From positions 27,900,001 to 27,964,000 of the forward strand of contig OZ281496.1 of NCBI GenBank assembly GCA_965637545.1: a stretch of DNA of 64,000 nucleotides. Direction: 5' to 3'. The notes below the pieces were generated by a model. The model worked only from the letters and a program-made list of their open reading frames with translations. It did no database searches and had not been told where the DNA came from. The position numbers were made by a program, and so were the translations under genes. Shown here piece after piece: positions 50,565 to 62,318 of the stretch. The number at the start of each line of letters is the position of its first letter. Position 1 is the stretch's first letter. The stretch comes from Phallusia mammillata. Taxonomy: Eukaryota.

Positions 50565-51409
50565 TTCCTGCCCTGAAATTGTCTGTTAACCAAACGAAAC
50601 CTGCTTAGAGCTTTGTCGACCCCTAACGGTGATGTTGTGGACATTGTTTGCAAATCGATTACCTTTCTTGTTGGGTTACTATTTTCAATCTTAAAAGAAA
50701 CAGGTTATCTTTTTAGCAATCTTTCCGTTTTCATTTTTTATCCTTGTACCTGTCAGAAATGTCATTATTTATTTATTCATCACCGAAATTATATTTATTA
50801 TTCTACTGTTGAAAATACAGCATGAGAAAACCAAACACGTAAATCACAGATTGGAATTGGAACTTATAAATAATTACACTTTGGATCGAAATGAAACGCA
50901 AATTTGTTTAACAAACACATGCAAGAACCGCGCAATATTGCCCGAAAAAATACATACTATATAGCTAACAAGGCGTTGGAGTGTTAAAATGTTCCATAGA
51001 TTGCATATATACAATCAAGGCACGCCCAACGTCTTTTCGGCAATTTTAATTGACAAATTGAATATCTATTCACACATCTTAAAAGAAACGAAAAACAAAT
51101 TTTAAATTCGTATTGCAAAGATTTTTTTATGAAAAACGTAAGGAATTATATACTACATTTGATTTCGAATTATTACTACGAGCTGGTAACGTTTATGTGC
51201 CAGAAACATTGTGTTGATTTAATGTGAAACGCTGCAAAATTAACTTTAATTTACAACAAACCAAAACCGAATTATAACACTATTTGAAGACCGGGAACAT
51301 ATCTATTTCATTTTTGTCTTCTGTTATCATAAAATCAGCGTTCAAAAACTTTATCATTGAACTAAATAGCAGAACTGAATCATATGACATGGAATTTTCT
51401 TCGGTCACA

Positions 51410-54400
51410 TTAAGAAGTCACATGAAATCTTTTGATTACAAATCCAGAACCAATAGCAAGGAAGACACACATGACCACTGCGCACCAGCCAAGAATGTAT
51501 GAATAACCCCAGTTGACCCCGGGAACTAAATCAATGTTCGCTGTGTAAAAAGACAAGGCCACAACCTCCATGATCGCTGAAAAACAAGAAGTTTAAAATT
51601 ACTTTTTCTTGTTTTGTAGCATACTGACAAAAGCAACTAAAATTGGATGAAAATAAAACAGATATAACACCAGGGTTAGACAAAGACGTTGTCGGTTCGA
51701 ATCGGTTTATAGTTTATACGAACCTGTATTTTGGGATTTATCGAGTTTTACGAACTAGCAAAAGTTGTACCTGTACGGCTAAGCTTATTGTGCCCGAGTT
51801 AATAATTTAATAAATAAGCTGTTGCTGCCAGGCATAGTATCAAGTCTATAGAGCTCTTCTGGCAAAAGTATTTTTATTCCGACGTTTCGACGTCCTATAC
51901 AGGTCGTCTTCATCAGGGTAAATAACACTGAATGCGACTAGAACAGTGCACGATAAACAAAGGAAAAAAGAATGAAACGCAAGCACGTCACAACGCAACG
52001 AAAACACCGCGCGATAANNNNNNNNNNNNNNNNNNNNNNNNNNNNNNNNNNNNNNNNNNNNNNNNNNNNNNNNNNNNNNNNNNNNNNNNNNNNNNNNNNN
52101 NNNNNNNNNNNNNNNNNNNNNNNNNNNNNNNNNNNNNNNNNNNNNNNNNNNNNNNNNNNNNNNNNNNNNNNNNNNNNNNNNNNNNNNNNNNNNNNNNNNN
52201 NNNNNNNNNNNNNNNNNCGCATTCAGTGTTATTTACCCTGATGAAGACGACCTGTATAGGACGTCGAAACGTCGGAATAAAAATACTTTTGCCAGAAGAG
52301 CTCTATAGACTTAATAATTTAATATCTGTCAATAAGGTTTTGAATCTTCTCCATAGTCTCAACCCATACGGGCGTCCCGTAATTAAATACACTTATGACC
52401 GACGTGAAATATCTGGACTGATAAAACTAGATGAGGTATTGTATCAAATATTAACTTCCGTGTAGTAGATGCCATGGTTTTCGATAGCACAACTGAAGTT
52501 ATAACGTTTTAATGGCATTGAACACATTTGAAAGCGTGAATAATTTACGCGCCAACCTGATTTAACGATGTTTGATGTACAAAACTCTCATTTTCGAGAA
52601 AACCACAATTAAACTCACAATTCAACAATGCCACTGTTTGTTTTCGAGGTTAAGGCACTACGTCCGGTTTTGCTATGCGACGCTGACTGCATTGAGCTAT
52701 TAAAAGCATTGAGCTATTAACTGAATTCAAAAGCAAGTGACTTTTCGTCATTTATATTACTATTCATTTTACCCAACATTGTCAACACTCATCTATAGCA
52801 GTGCTCTTCAACCTTTTTAGTGACGCGGAACCCTTAAGGTATTTTGTCAAACTTTGCGGAACTCCCATAAAATAATTTTAATGAATGTAACACAAGTAGG
52901 CCACATCAAAGAAAAAAGATGCATACACATCCAAAGCACATCACAAAGGTTGACTTGAATTAAACGGTTAACTGAAACGCATTGCCGTGTTATTTGGATC
53001 GGTCGTTTCTACATTAATCTCGCAACTTGGCTAGAGTGTGACAAGGTTGTATTTATTACGTCACAATTGATCAATGGTGTAACAAAGGTTAACAATATTG
53101 CACAGGCGAGCATTGCTGTTCGAAACAATGATATTATGAATCGTTCATGTTCGAATTGCTACTCCCCCATAAAGTTCACGGAACCCCGGTTGAAGAGCTC
53201 TGATCTATAGCGAACACAGATGCGTAATTGATACTAAATGTCAAGTAAGTTCAGACATATTTATTACTATATTTTGTTTAAAAGCGCTGAAATAAAAACA
53301 ACCTGATAATTGATGTATCACATTTAATTATCAACTTTTGCCTATAGCAGTGGTTCCCAACCTTCCATGGACCGTGGCCCCCTAAAAGTGTCATTTTTGC
53401 CTGGTGGCCCCCTTCATGTAACCTTGTATGTCCTGTGGCCCCCTTAAAGTGTAAATGGCAAACTCGTGTGGAAATTGGATACTAATATCGGCTTTAAACG
53501 CAGGTCGAATAGAGTAAATAATAAGGGTCCGCATTCGTAAAAAGCCTCGATATAGACAAACAGTATGCAAAATAGTTGATTAAATTAGGGACTTTTTAGT
53601 GAATGTTTCTGGTAAATCTACACCTGTGGCCCCCTTGGGGGGCCATGGGCCCTGGTTGGGAACCACTGGCCTATAGTGTTGTTAGCAACTGGCGATTCCG
53701 TTAAAAAGCAGGCTAAAATCTTCCGAAACACATGTTTGATGGTTGTTCGTGCTTAAAACGGACCCCTTGCATTTTGAATTTTTTTTTCTGAGGTTATGTT
53801 TGGTCACATTACCTGCCGAAGTGAAGCTCCCTGGCAATCCTCTTGCAGTTGCCCAAGCATCCAGAGGATAATTTTGAAACAAAACCCGCAAACAGTGGCA
53901 TACGGCAGCCAACAGTGATAATGTGGAAGTTATTGCGAAAATCCGTGTCGGCCAATGAAACCAAACGTCCAAAGAAGCTACGTGGAAAAAAGATTGTTGT
54001 ATTTAAATTTATGAACACCAAAGCTACGGGTTGACCACTTTGAAGTACGTTAATAACATAAAACAATTACAAATAAGTTTATGAAATATTAACTAAAAAC
54101 TACATTTGAGATGCTAACATGAAGCGTCGATGCAGACCAGCGATCACGATAATACATATCGATAAATCATAGTACGCCAGGCCTATTAAAGGTGTGTACC
54201 GAATCAGCTGGTCTCCCAAGCATTCTCATATGGCAGGGCACAGACTAGAAATATCTAGCCACATGGGAATGCTTGGGAGACCAGCTGATTCGGTACACAC
54301 CTTTAATAGGCCTGGCGTACTATAATTGATGACACTTGAGATGTACATAATAAAATACTTTTTGGGAGAAAATGGGAACGTCAATTTTGTGAGATATCAC

Positions 54401-54695
54401 TTAGTTCGCTATATTATGAACTCTTTCAAAAGCTCTTGTAAAAGGTAGTCATATGTTAATGTAGCATTGTTCAACATTCTAAAAAAAGATTTACTCTTAG
54501 CTAGCATACAGTTAACGTAAAACCAATATACTTACTTCCGATAAACGATGAACAATAGCCGAAAATGCAATGTTCCCATAGTCCTATAGAGTCAACTGAT
54601 GATACGAGCCAGGCAGCCGTTGCCAGAGATATTATTTCAAGCACAAGAGCCACGAAAGCAAAGAACGTCAAAACGGCCAAAGCAATTTTCTGCAT
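51410..54695 (-). CDS. PMP22/claudin-superfamily protein, copy E (163 aa)
   Basis: Exons 54695-54536, 53977-53813, 51576-51410; W..SSVDSIGLWEHCIFGYC; WPTRIF; WGYSYILGW. Intron 2 contains the assembly gap, so the joining of exon 3 is assumed. Confidence 0.85.
51873..51925 (-). ncRNA. Minimal type-I hammerhead ribozyme, sense to claudin-like copy E in intron 2
   Basis: Minus strand: TTATTTACC-CTGATGA-A-GACG-A-CCT-GTAT-AGG-A-CGTC-GAAA-C-GTC/GGAATAAA. Confidence 0.7.
52018..52217. other. Assembly gap (200 N)
   Basis: N-run seen directly, centred in an inverted repeat. Confidence 1.
52229..52281 (+). ncRNA. Minimal type-I hammerhead ribozyme, inverted twin of 51873-51925
   Basis: TTATTTACC-CTGATGA-A-GACG-A-CCT-GTAT-AGG-A-CGTC-GAAA-C-GTC/GGAATAAA; predicted cut after 52273. 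Confidence 0.7.
52799..53202. mobile_element. hAT-type MITE
   Basis: TIR CAGTGCTCTTCAACC / GGTTGAAGAGCTCTG; TSD ATCTATAG at 52791-52798 and 53203-53210. Confidence 0.9.
53348..53668. mobile_element. hAT-type MITE
   Basis: TIR CAGTGGTTCCCAACC / GGTTGGGAACCACTG; TSD GCCTATAG at 53340-53347 and 53669-53676; repeated GTGGCCCC subterminal motifs. Confidence 0.92.
54169..54323. repeat. Fold-back (inverted duplication) of a SINE fragment
   Basis: About 60-bp arms ATAGTACGCCAGGCCTATTAAAGGTGTGTACCGAATCAGCTGGTCTCCCAAGCATT and its reverse complement. Paralogous introns in copies C and D carry this sequence only once. Confidence 0.85.
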
Positions 54696-56056
54696 TTTGT
54701 CCCGTATTTAATTCTGATTCTGTTTAGTTATGGGCAACAAAACTAATGTTTAAGATCTACTTGGTTGAACAATGAAAAGTAAATGTTAGACTATTTTGTA
54801 TACTGAGTCTGTTTCTGCGTTTGTAGTTTTAATTTGATTTGACTACGTTTGTATTTTAATGTTTCCACCTATAACTTTCAAATGCGCTGCAAATTTAGAA
54901 ATAAAACTTTGGCAAAATGACTTCCCTATTGATCACTTGTTGTACGAAATTTAATTTTTTTTTAATTTAAAACTTTGGCTAAATTAATTAAAAAAAAATT
55001 TTGCATCTTAATTACTATGCTTCTTTAAAAATAACTTGCCCTGCGGTCGTTGGCGGAATTAATTTTCAACTGATAATTCGCCAACGGACTCAGTGTATTT
55101 AACAAGCACCCTGTTTAGTGTGTATTTAACAAGCATTGTGAGCGATTATGGGGCGTGTTAATATTGTTTGCACATTCTGAGTGACTCACGTTCCCTTTTG
55201 GAAATAATTTCGACCATTAAAGTTATTTAGTGTGCAATTTTTTTTTGCGAATTTTTCGGTCAAGTTTTAAACTATCATATTTTTAGTCTCATTCTTGACT
55301 AAAACATTGTCTTGTGTTTTTAATACCCAGCAAGCAGATGATTAATCATTGAGCACGCATTTTGCTTTGGATGTTATACTTATTGAGCATATATATTGTT
55401 AAAATCATCGTGCATGCAAGTTTTAAATAAATGTTGGGAAATATTGAACTCCAAATTCTGCTAAGAGGTATAAAATGAAAGAAAATGTTAGAGAACCTTT
55501 GACTCGAAACACACATGTGACGAGAGTATAAATCAAAGAAGGATTTATTTAAAGGTGTAATGTCACGACATTACACAACATATTTGTGTCAATATACGCC
55601 ATATGCTTTTGCAATAAAATAACATAAAAATGACGTTGAATTCGACGGAATTACTTTCAAAATGAAACCCGTTCACCTTTTTAACGACCCCCAATAGCAA
55701 TATTGTTGGGATACTGTTTGCATATCTATTACATTTGTTGATTGGTTACTATTTTCATTCTAAACAAACAGGTAATCTGTATGGCGGCCTTTACGTTTTC
55801 TTTTATGTGTATACCTGTCACAAAATTCATTATTTTTCTACTTAACACCAAAATTTTTTTTCTACTCTTGAAAATCAAGCATAAGAAAAAAACACGTAAT
55901 TCGCAAATTGGCATTGGAACATTTGAACAATTACATTGAAAACAAAAGCATCACAAGTTCTTTTAACAAACAAATGCAAGAAAACACAATATTGCCCATA
56001 TAATACATAGGCCAACAAAGCATTTAAGTTTTAAAAGGTTCCATTATTTGTTGTAT

Positions 56057-57627
56057 TTATGCATCTTCTCGAAAAATTGCGATAATAATACAAGCTCCAA
56101 TTGCCAAAAAAATGCTTAGAATTGCCGAGCACCAACCCAGAATGTAGGAGTACCCCCATTCAAAAAACGATTCTGTGCTGTTGTCCAAAGCCTCATAGAC
56201 CGTGTAAAGGACCAGTGCCACAATTTGACAAATTCCTGAAAAATATGTGCATTCAGAGCATAGTTGTAAACGGTCCGAGTTCAAAATGACAAGCCCGAAT
56301 CTCGGTTTAAACCAGAATAAATAAGGTTGGCCCGAAAGCTTGGTTTACCCTAACTACGAACCTTGTACAAACCTTTTGTATGTAGGGGCGATCAACTAGA
56401 GGCTATTTCATATTTTAATAGCGTGGTCATATTTGTAAATGCTCTTTACTAACTTATATTTTAGTTTATGTTTTACAACAAGTTTTTTTTTGCCATGCGT
56501 GCAAACAACCGCAGGTAAACCGTTGGGAGAAAAGGGGTTTAATGACCGTCTTGGGTCCCCGAAAACTTGACCTTAACAATTTCCGTGTATTTCATTAAAC
56601 AAACTGTAGCATCCTACTTAACATGTTATACCTACATATAGCCTATTTTCTTGATACTATATTTGTTGTACCTACATATATTTTCTTTATGCAATTGTTG
56701 TGTCTATATGTATGAATTAGGATTTGCCCTCATTCTCGTACACATGATCGTTAACAGAATTATACATATTTCAAGAAACCTTTATAATCGATGTAGTTTA
56801 TTCACCTGCAGCCACATAACCTCCGGATAAACCCTTTGCAAAGCTGATCGGAATATTGCAAAACAAAACCACGAGACTGTAAATAACCATGGCAACCAGA
56901 ATCGATGTTGTTATTAATGCGAAACCCTGTGTGATCTTGTAAAACACAGGGACGGGATCTGTAAAAACAAAATATTAACTGGACTAATTATTCTGTTAAT
57001 GGCTTCTCGAAGAAAATATCTTGCGGGTTAAAATAGGGCAAAAAATGTAATAACTTAATCTAAAGAACATAAAAGCTGAAGACAAAAGTATTTGATTTTA
57101 AAACGGTTTTTTTTTCGGGTCGTTAAATTTACAAGTTCTTGGCGGCTATTAACATTTTTGAATAAGCCATTTTTATAAAAGAATTGCCAATAAATAATTC
57201 CTAAACTGCAAACAATACACACTGTTTTTACCTATATGGTCTCACCAGCACACAAACCAAAAATATAGGCCACATCCTACGGCACTCTAATAGTAACGGG
57301 CTGAAAAGCCATGCATCACTGATAAAACTTATCGCAGGTCGAAAAAGTGTTCACTGTCTGCAGCATATTTATCATTTTATGACTTAAAGCTTTATAAAAG
57401 TGATTCGCGTTTATTAATAATTAAATTACAGTCAAGAAATTGCAAATATTGCTAAAAAACTCACCAAACGATTCGCAGTCGTCAGGTGAACACGCTTCCC
57501 ACAAGCCGTATGAATAACCATTAAACTTCGCCAAGACACGCCACGCTGGTGTAGCTACTGACACCACATTGAAAATTAAGGCTGTTGCCCCGAAGAACGA
57601 CAGCAAAGCTAAAGAAATCTTTTGCAT
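56057..57627 (-). CDS. PMP22/claudin-superfamily protein, copy F (164 aa)
   Basis: Exons 57627-57465, 56958-56806, 56235-56057; W...GYSYGLWEACSPDDC; WGYSYILGW. Confidence 0.9.
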
Positions 57628-58694
57628 TTTGACACGTGTACAACGAGTTTACTGTTTTAAGTTCTAAATCTAGCTTTCTAAAAACAGAATGTGTTTTGTA
57701 TTTATACTTGCATATATTTAAAAGAATTCCGTTTTATGAAATAAATTCAATGTGAAATGCTAGCAGTTCTCAACAAAATCACTAAATTTCAAATTTGAAA
57801 CACACGTATCTTAGGTCAAAATGGAAGCCAATAACATCACAAAGGAACAAGCTTTAGAACACAACCCGATATATATGCTGAAGTCAAAATAAAAAGGGGC
57901 CTTTTTTTGGACGGTCATGTTTAAACAGTCATTTTTATAACACAAACATATGGAAACAATCTGGCGAAACATTTAAAGATGTGCGAAAAATACGATTGTG
58001 CACACATAAATGTCATTAATGGCACTAAATCGTCGTTTCTGAAATCAATACACCTCGATTTTGTCGTGTGGTGTTATTGCTTTTTGTCTTTTTGTTTCCA
58101 ATAGCAAAAACGCATTTAGACCACACTGATGGACGTATAACAATACAGCGTACAAAATAAGAACACTACATATGGAACTGCGCGTGATTCTTGTATAAAC
58201 TATACAAGTATAGTCAAATACGTACTGAATGGCAACAAAACACCTTGCAAACAGACATCAAACATAAGCATGATAAATTAACGTCATCCCAGAAATCTCG
58301 AGTTTGTCGCTTAAAAATGTTTAACAATCTGGGCCTTTGTTGCCACAGATACCCTTTAGGGGATTTTACGAAATGGAAACACTGCAACCAGTTTAGTTGA
58401 ATTACTTTTCGTATTTAGTAAGGTTGCCTTTGACTTTAACCTTTCACGGAGACTATTGAATCGGAATTGAGGTGACGAAACGGCGTTTGAACTTAAGAAA
58501 GTGTATATTTTCACTGGCCCTATCATTTGTTTAGCAATGTTTTAATGATTCGTCACTGATATGTAGCAACTTGTTGGGAGTTAAAGTTGTCTTTACCCAA
58601 CTTTCCCCCCCAAAAATACATTTGTATTGTTAACAATCCTTTAAAATATTAAAATATAAATTTGAAAAAATTGAACAAAAATAATTCATTTTGG

Positions 58695-59663
58695 TTACTC
58701 GTCTTCAAGTCCGTCCTCTTCTCTCAACGGCGACAGAATGACTTCTTCGACAATAGGAATAAACGAGACTCTTCTTCCTATTGCTCCCAAATAAACAGGG
58801 TCTTCAGATTGAACCTTCCCTGCATTCTTTTCAGGAGAAATGCTGTTTAACATTCCATGTGATATTCGTAAGTCTTGGAGTTTTTGCCGTTCGCGAGCTA
58901 AGGTTTGTTGGTCGTTGTTGTTTGCTTGGGAAGTCAAGCTCAACGCTGGGGCCGACTGTCGCCTGACTCTCTGTGAATTTCTGTTGGTTTGCGCAATGCC
59001 GTTGGGTGTCGTTGTGTGCTGCATTGAAACTCGGCGCTTTGGTTGGGCGGTGTCTCTACTGGCGGCATTTTGTCGATGTTCCTGTGACAAGAGATGCAAA
59101 ACATACATGCTTGATTCATAGCAAAGTTATAAGTAGAGTTCGTGACTGACTTTAAACGCGCTATATTTGCCGATTTGTTTTCAACTTTCAGGCTTGATTG
59201 GGGCTTTGTTTTACTTTAAACCGTGTTCGTTCCGGGTTATTTTTCGATTTGAATAAAGAACTCATAACGTTGGGTAAATGCATCAGCGGTGTACATCAAT
59301 TGGCACTAGACTGGGATCTGGCAACGGCCTGGGTAACAAGTCAAACAAATGAACTTCAATGGTAAAATTTCCTAAATCTTCAAAAACACCGTTCGTTTAA
59401 GATGTCTTACGTTTTAAACACAATTTGTTTAAAATATTAACACTAAAAAAGCGTACCTGTGCATATTTATTATCTATGTTGTTTAAATTTTAACTACTCC
59501 ATTGCTACGTAGTTTCGCAATTCATACATTTCGTATTCTACCTTGATATCCCTTGGATCTGCAATACGCCTCGGTCCCTTCTTTACAGCGGTTTTGCCGT
59601 TCGCTGTCGGGCGTCCGGTAGATCCAGATCGGCGTTGCGGGGCCGTTACTGGTTGCTGATGTC
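58695..59663 (-). CDS. Last two exons of an unknown, probably disordered protein; upstream exons not located
   Basis: Exon 59663-59542 (GHQQPVTAPQRRSGSTG...RRIADPRDIK) splices in frame to exon 59081-58695 (EHRQNAASRD...GRRVSFIPIVEEVILSPLREEDGLEDE*) at canonical sites. Confidence 0.65.
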
Positions 59664-62034
59664 CTGTGAATAAACAACGTTGGGTCAGTTGTCATTTGTC
59701 TCCACTTGTTCGTCGTTAATCACAAACTGGACAACCGTCGCATAAAAGGTTTCGCCATAAATTATGCCAAGATTAGAAAAATGTACGAATGTTTTATTTC
59801 ATAGTTTTTGGCTTTTATGCTGTGCACTTTGTGCGAATGCGACAAAAACTATTCTTTAAGTTGTAGAGTATATCTCTCTTTTTAATGTATGAAATCCTAA
59901 GAATTGACCTAAATAATAGGGTAGCTTACATCGTGTTTTTTCGAGTCCCTTAATGGCCCTTCGTATACTAAGGGCATGAAAGGAACTTTAAAAACTAAAC
60001 TAAAATACAACATTTTACTTGTTAGATAAACTTTTGAATGCTTGGTTTGTCATTGTCAGTGACTGGCAAAATTTGGACCGAACATATTACAAACCCACAC
60101 GTTGTAACAAATCAATCCAACAATGATTATTGTTCACTTTATTTGTGCGCGCGCCGCGATGTCCGAAACAATGTTGACCTAAAGCGTTGTAAACTCGATT
60201 TATGACTGATAGTTTGGCCCGTTTTAGAACTATGGACAAGCCTGTGGGCCGAGTGGTACAGGAAAGTTGTATCAAATCAGTAAATATTGAAAGCTCGGGT
60301 GTTGCTCATCAGTGTAAACACATCCGAGTGCTTGTTTAGGAAGCAAAACAAAGGATCTCCTTGTCACAGTAAACACGACATATTATATCGGGTGTGTGCA
60401 TATAGGTTCCAATTTAATTTTTCAATGTTACCTTTCAGCCATTTATGAATTTTTCAACTTGGTCTTGATGAATCGTGATCTTCGATTCGAAAGTACAATG
60501 GCTTTTTGTTCACAGCAAATAACAAATGTCACTAATATGTCTTTGAACATTCAACATATATCTATTTCAAGTAAACGATTTGTTCCCAGTTACGTGCTGA
60601 AATATAAAATGTGGCCCCTTTGCAGGCTCAGAATGCTTTTGAATGCAAGATAGTTTGAAAACATTCATGGATTTTTGACCTGTTTAAAATAGTCTTAACC
60701 TAAATGGTTTTATCAAGCAAATTTGTAACTTGAGGCCTCTTTAAATTTATCTTTTAAGACAAATCTTGCCATGCTTACCTCCGTTGTTTAGTCGAGGGTC
60801 ATTTACTGCCACTCTTCGTTGTTGTTTGTGCATCGTAGTCAACCAGTCCAATCACTTTCGAAATGTAGCTTCGTATTGCGGGAAGGTAAATAAAGTTCCC
60901 TTCATAAATCAAGCACAGTTTTATGTTTTGCTAGTTCCAAAAGCAAAGTAGGTTTTGCTTTAAAATCTGCTTTAAAATCAATGCTCTTTCCAGCAAATAT
61001 ACACCTACATAATAGTTCGGGAAGTGCTAAAACACAAACACAATTTGGGATGTAAAATAATCCGATGTAATGTTAGTGCTATATGTAAAACGTTTGCTGA
61101 TGGCAGAGGCTTGGCTGGAGTCATAAATAACGTCAGTTTATTTTCCCAACTCAGCGGTTTACCCTGAACAGCGGAAAGCCTTGTGTACCAATTTTGCGCC
61201 AGATGAAACGTTTTCATCTGTTGTTGGGCTCCTAGCAACTGACTTTGTGGCATTGACAACAAACTTGGCTAAAGTGATTTTATTAACGCTCTCATTTCAA
61301 AACACAAAGCATTTCCATGGGCGCAGACCCATATGACACAAGAATCATTTTGCTTCATTATAAATGCCTGTTGCTAATTTTGCTTGCTGTGATTTTATTA
61401 CTTTCCATTTATCAAAATTAAACAGACGTGACTGGCTACCACCTACTCAACCTTTGCTATCAGATATTGGAAAACTGTTTGCAAAGTCAATGTTGTTTTG
61501 CGATATCTTTATCCTTGCCTGTGGGAAAGCTGAGCGTTTAGGTTGTTAATGCACCTGAACATACAATAAATTGATCGAAAAATTAGCATACAAGATAATA
61601 CAATTAAATGAATGCGAACTGTGTGCTTTTGCGTTAAAATGTCACAAAACCTGTTCTAAAATTACCTGATTAAAATGTAACGAATTAAACTGAAACTGAG
61701 CTACGAATTTTACAAAAGAATAACTTCCAAATCTTTATTGCACCGTCGAAATTGTTAGAACAACTTGGTTAAGGACAAATACTTATGAAGTGCCAGACTT
61801 TGCTCTCATCAATCACTTTCATGTACGATGTACATAAGGAATGGTCGATACCTACGTCATACTACATATGCCCCAATGTATAGCTGCTCTCAGTTAATTT
61901 GTCTTCGGCCTACTTGTCAGAATACGTTTTCACACGATCTAACTTCAAGCCTTGCATGCATTTGGGTGCTAAAAGCATGCGAATCAATTTTGACTTCCAA
62001 TCTAGATACGGCTATGGACATTTTTGCTGAAAAA

Positions 62035-62318
62035 TATAAGATGTTGCTGCCAGGCATAATGTATAAATGAGTATTGCTCTTCCAGCAGTTTTTATGAGAA
62101 ATAATCGACCTTTCGACGTTGCGTACCAGACACTTTCATCAGAATAATGGCATATCTTGCAAGACAAAGACAGTCAAGGTTTTGTCTCGGAAGATAAGAT
62201 ATGACATTGTCCTAATGAAAGCCTTTTAATAGCCCGTCGAAAGGTCGAATATTTTTAATAAAAGCTGCTGGAGGAGCAATACTAGTTTGTACATTATGTC
62301 TGGCAGCAACAGCTTATT
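62035..62318. mobile_element. Fold-back element related to the hammerhead family, with degenerate cores
   Basis: Inverted arms GTTGCTGCCAGGCATAATGT...GTATTGCTC.TCCAGCAG share the terminus of the 51813 element. The left arm (minus) has CTGATGA...GAAAGGTC and the right arm has CTAATGA...GAAAGGTC. No clear TSD. Confidence 0.65.

Larger units (their letters stand above)
51813..52310. mobile_element. Fold-back insertion with two outward-reading hammerheads, spanning the assembly gap
   Basis: Near-perfect ~93-bp inverted arms flank the N-run, and the left arm is ~30 bp longer. 14-bp TSD TTAATAATTTAATA at 51799-51812 and 52311-52324. The paralogous site in copy D (about 47805-47830) is empty. Confidence 0.8.

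Noticed and set aside
51932-52465. ORFs running through the N-run
   Set aside because: Artefacts of translating unknown bases.
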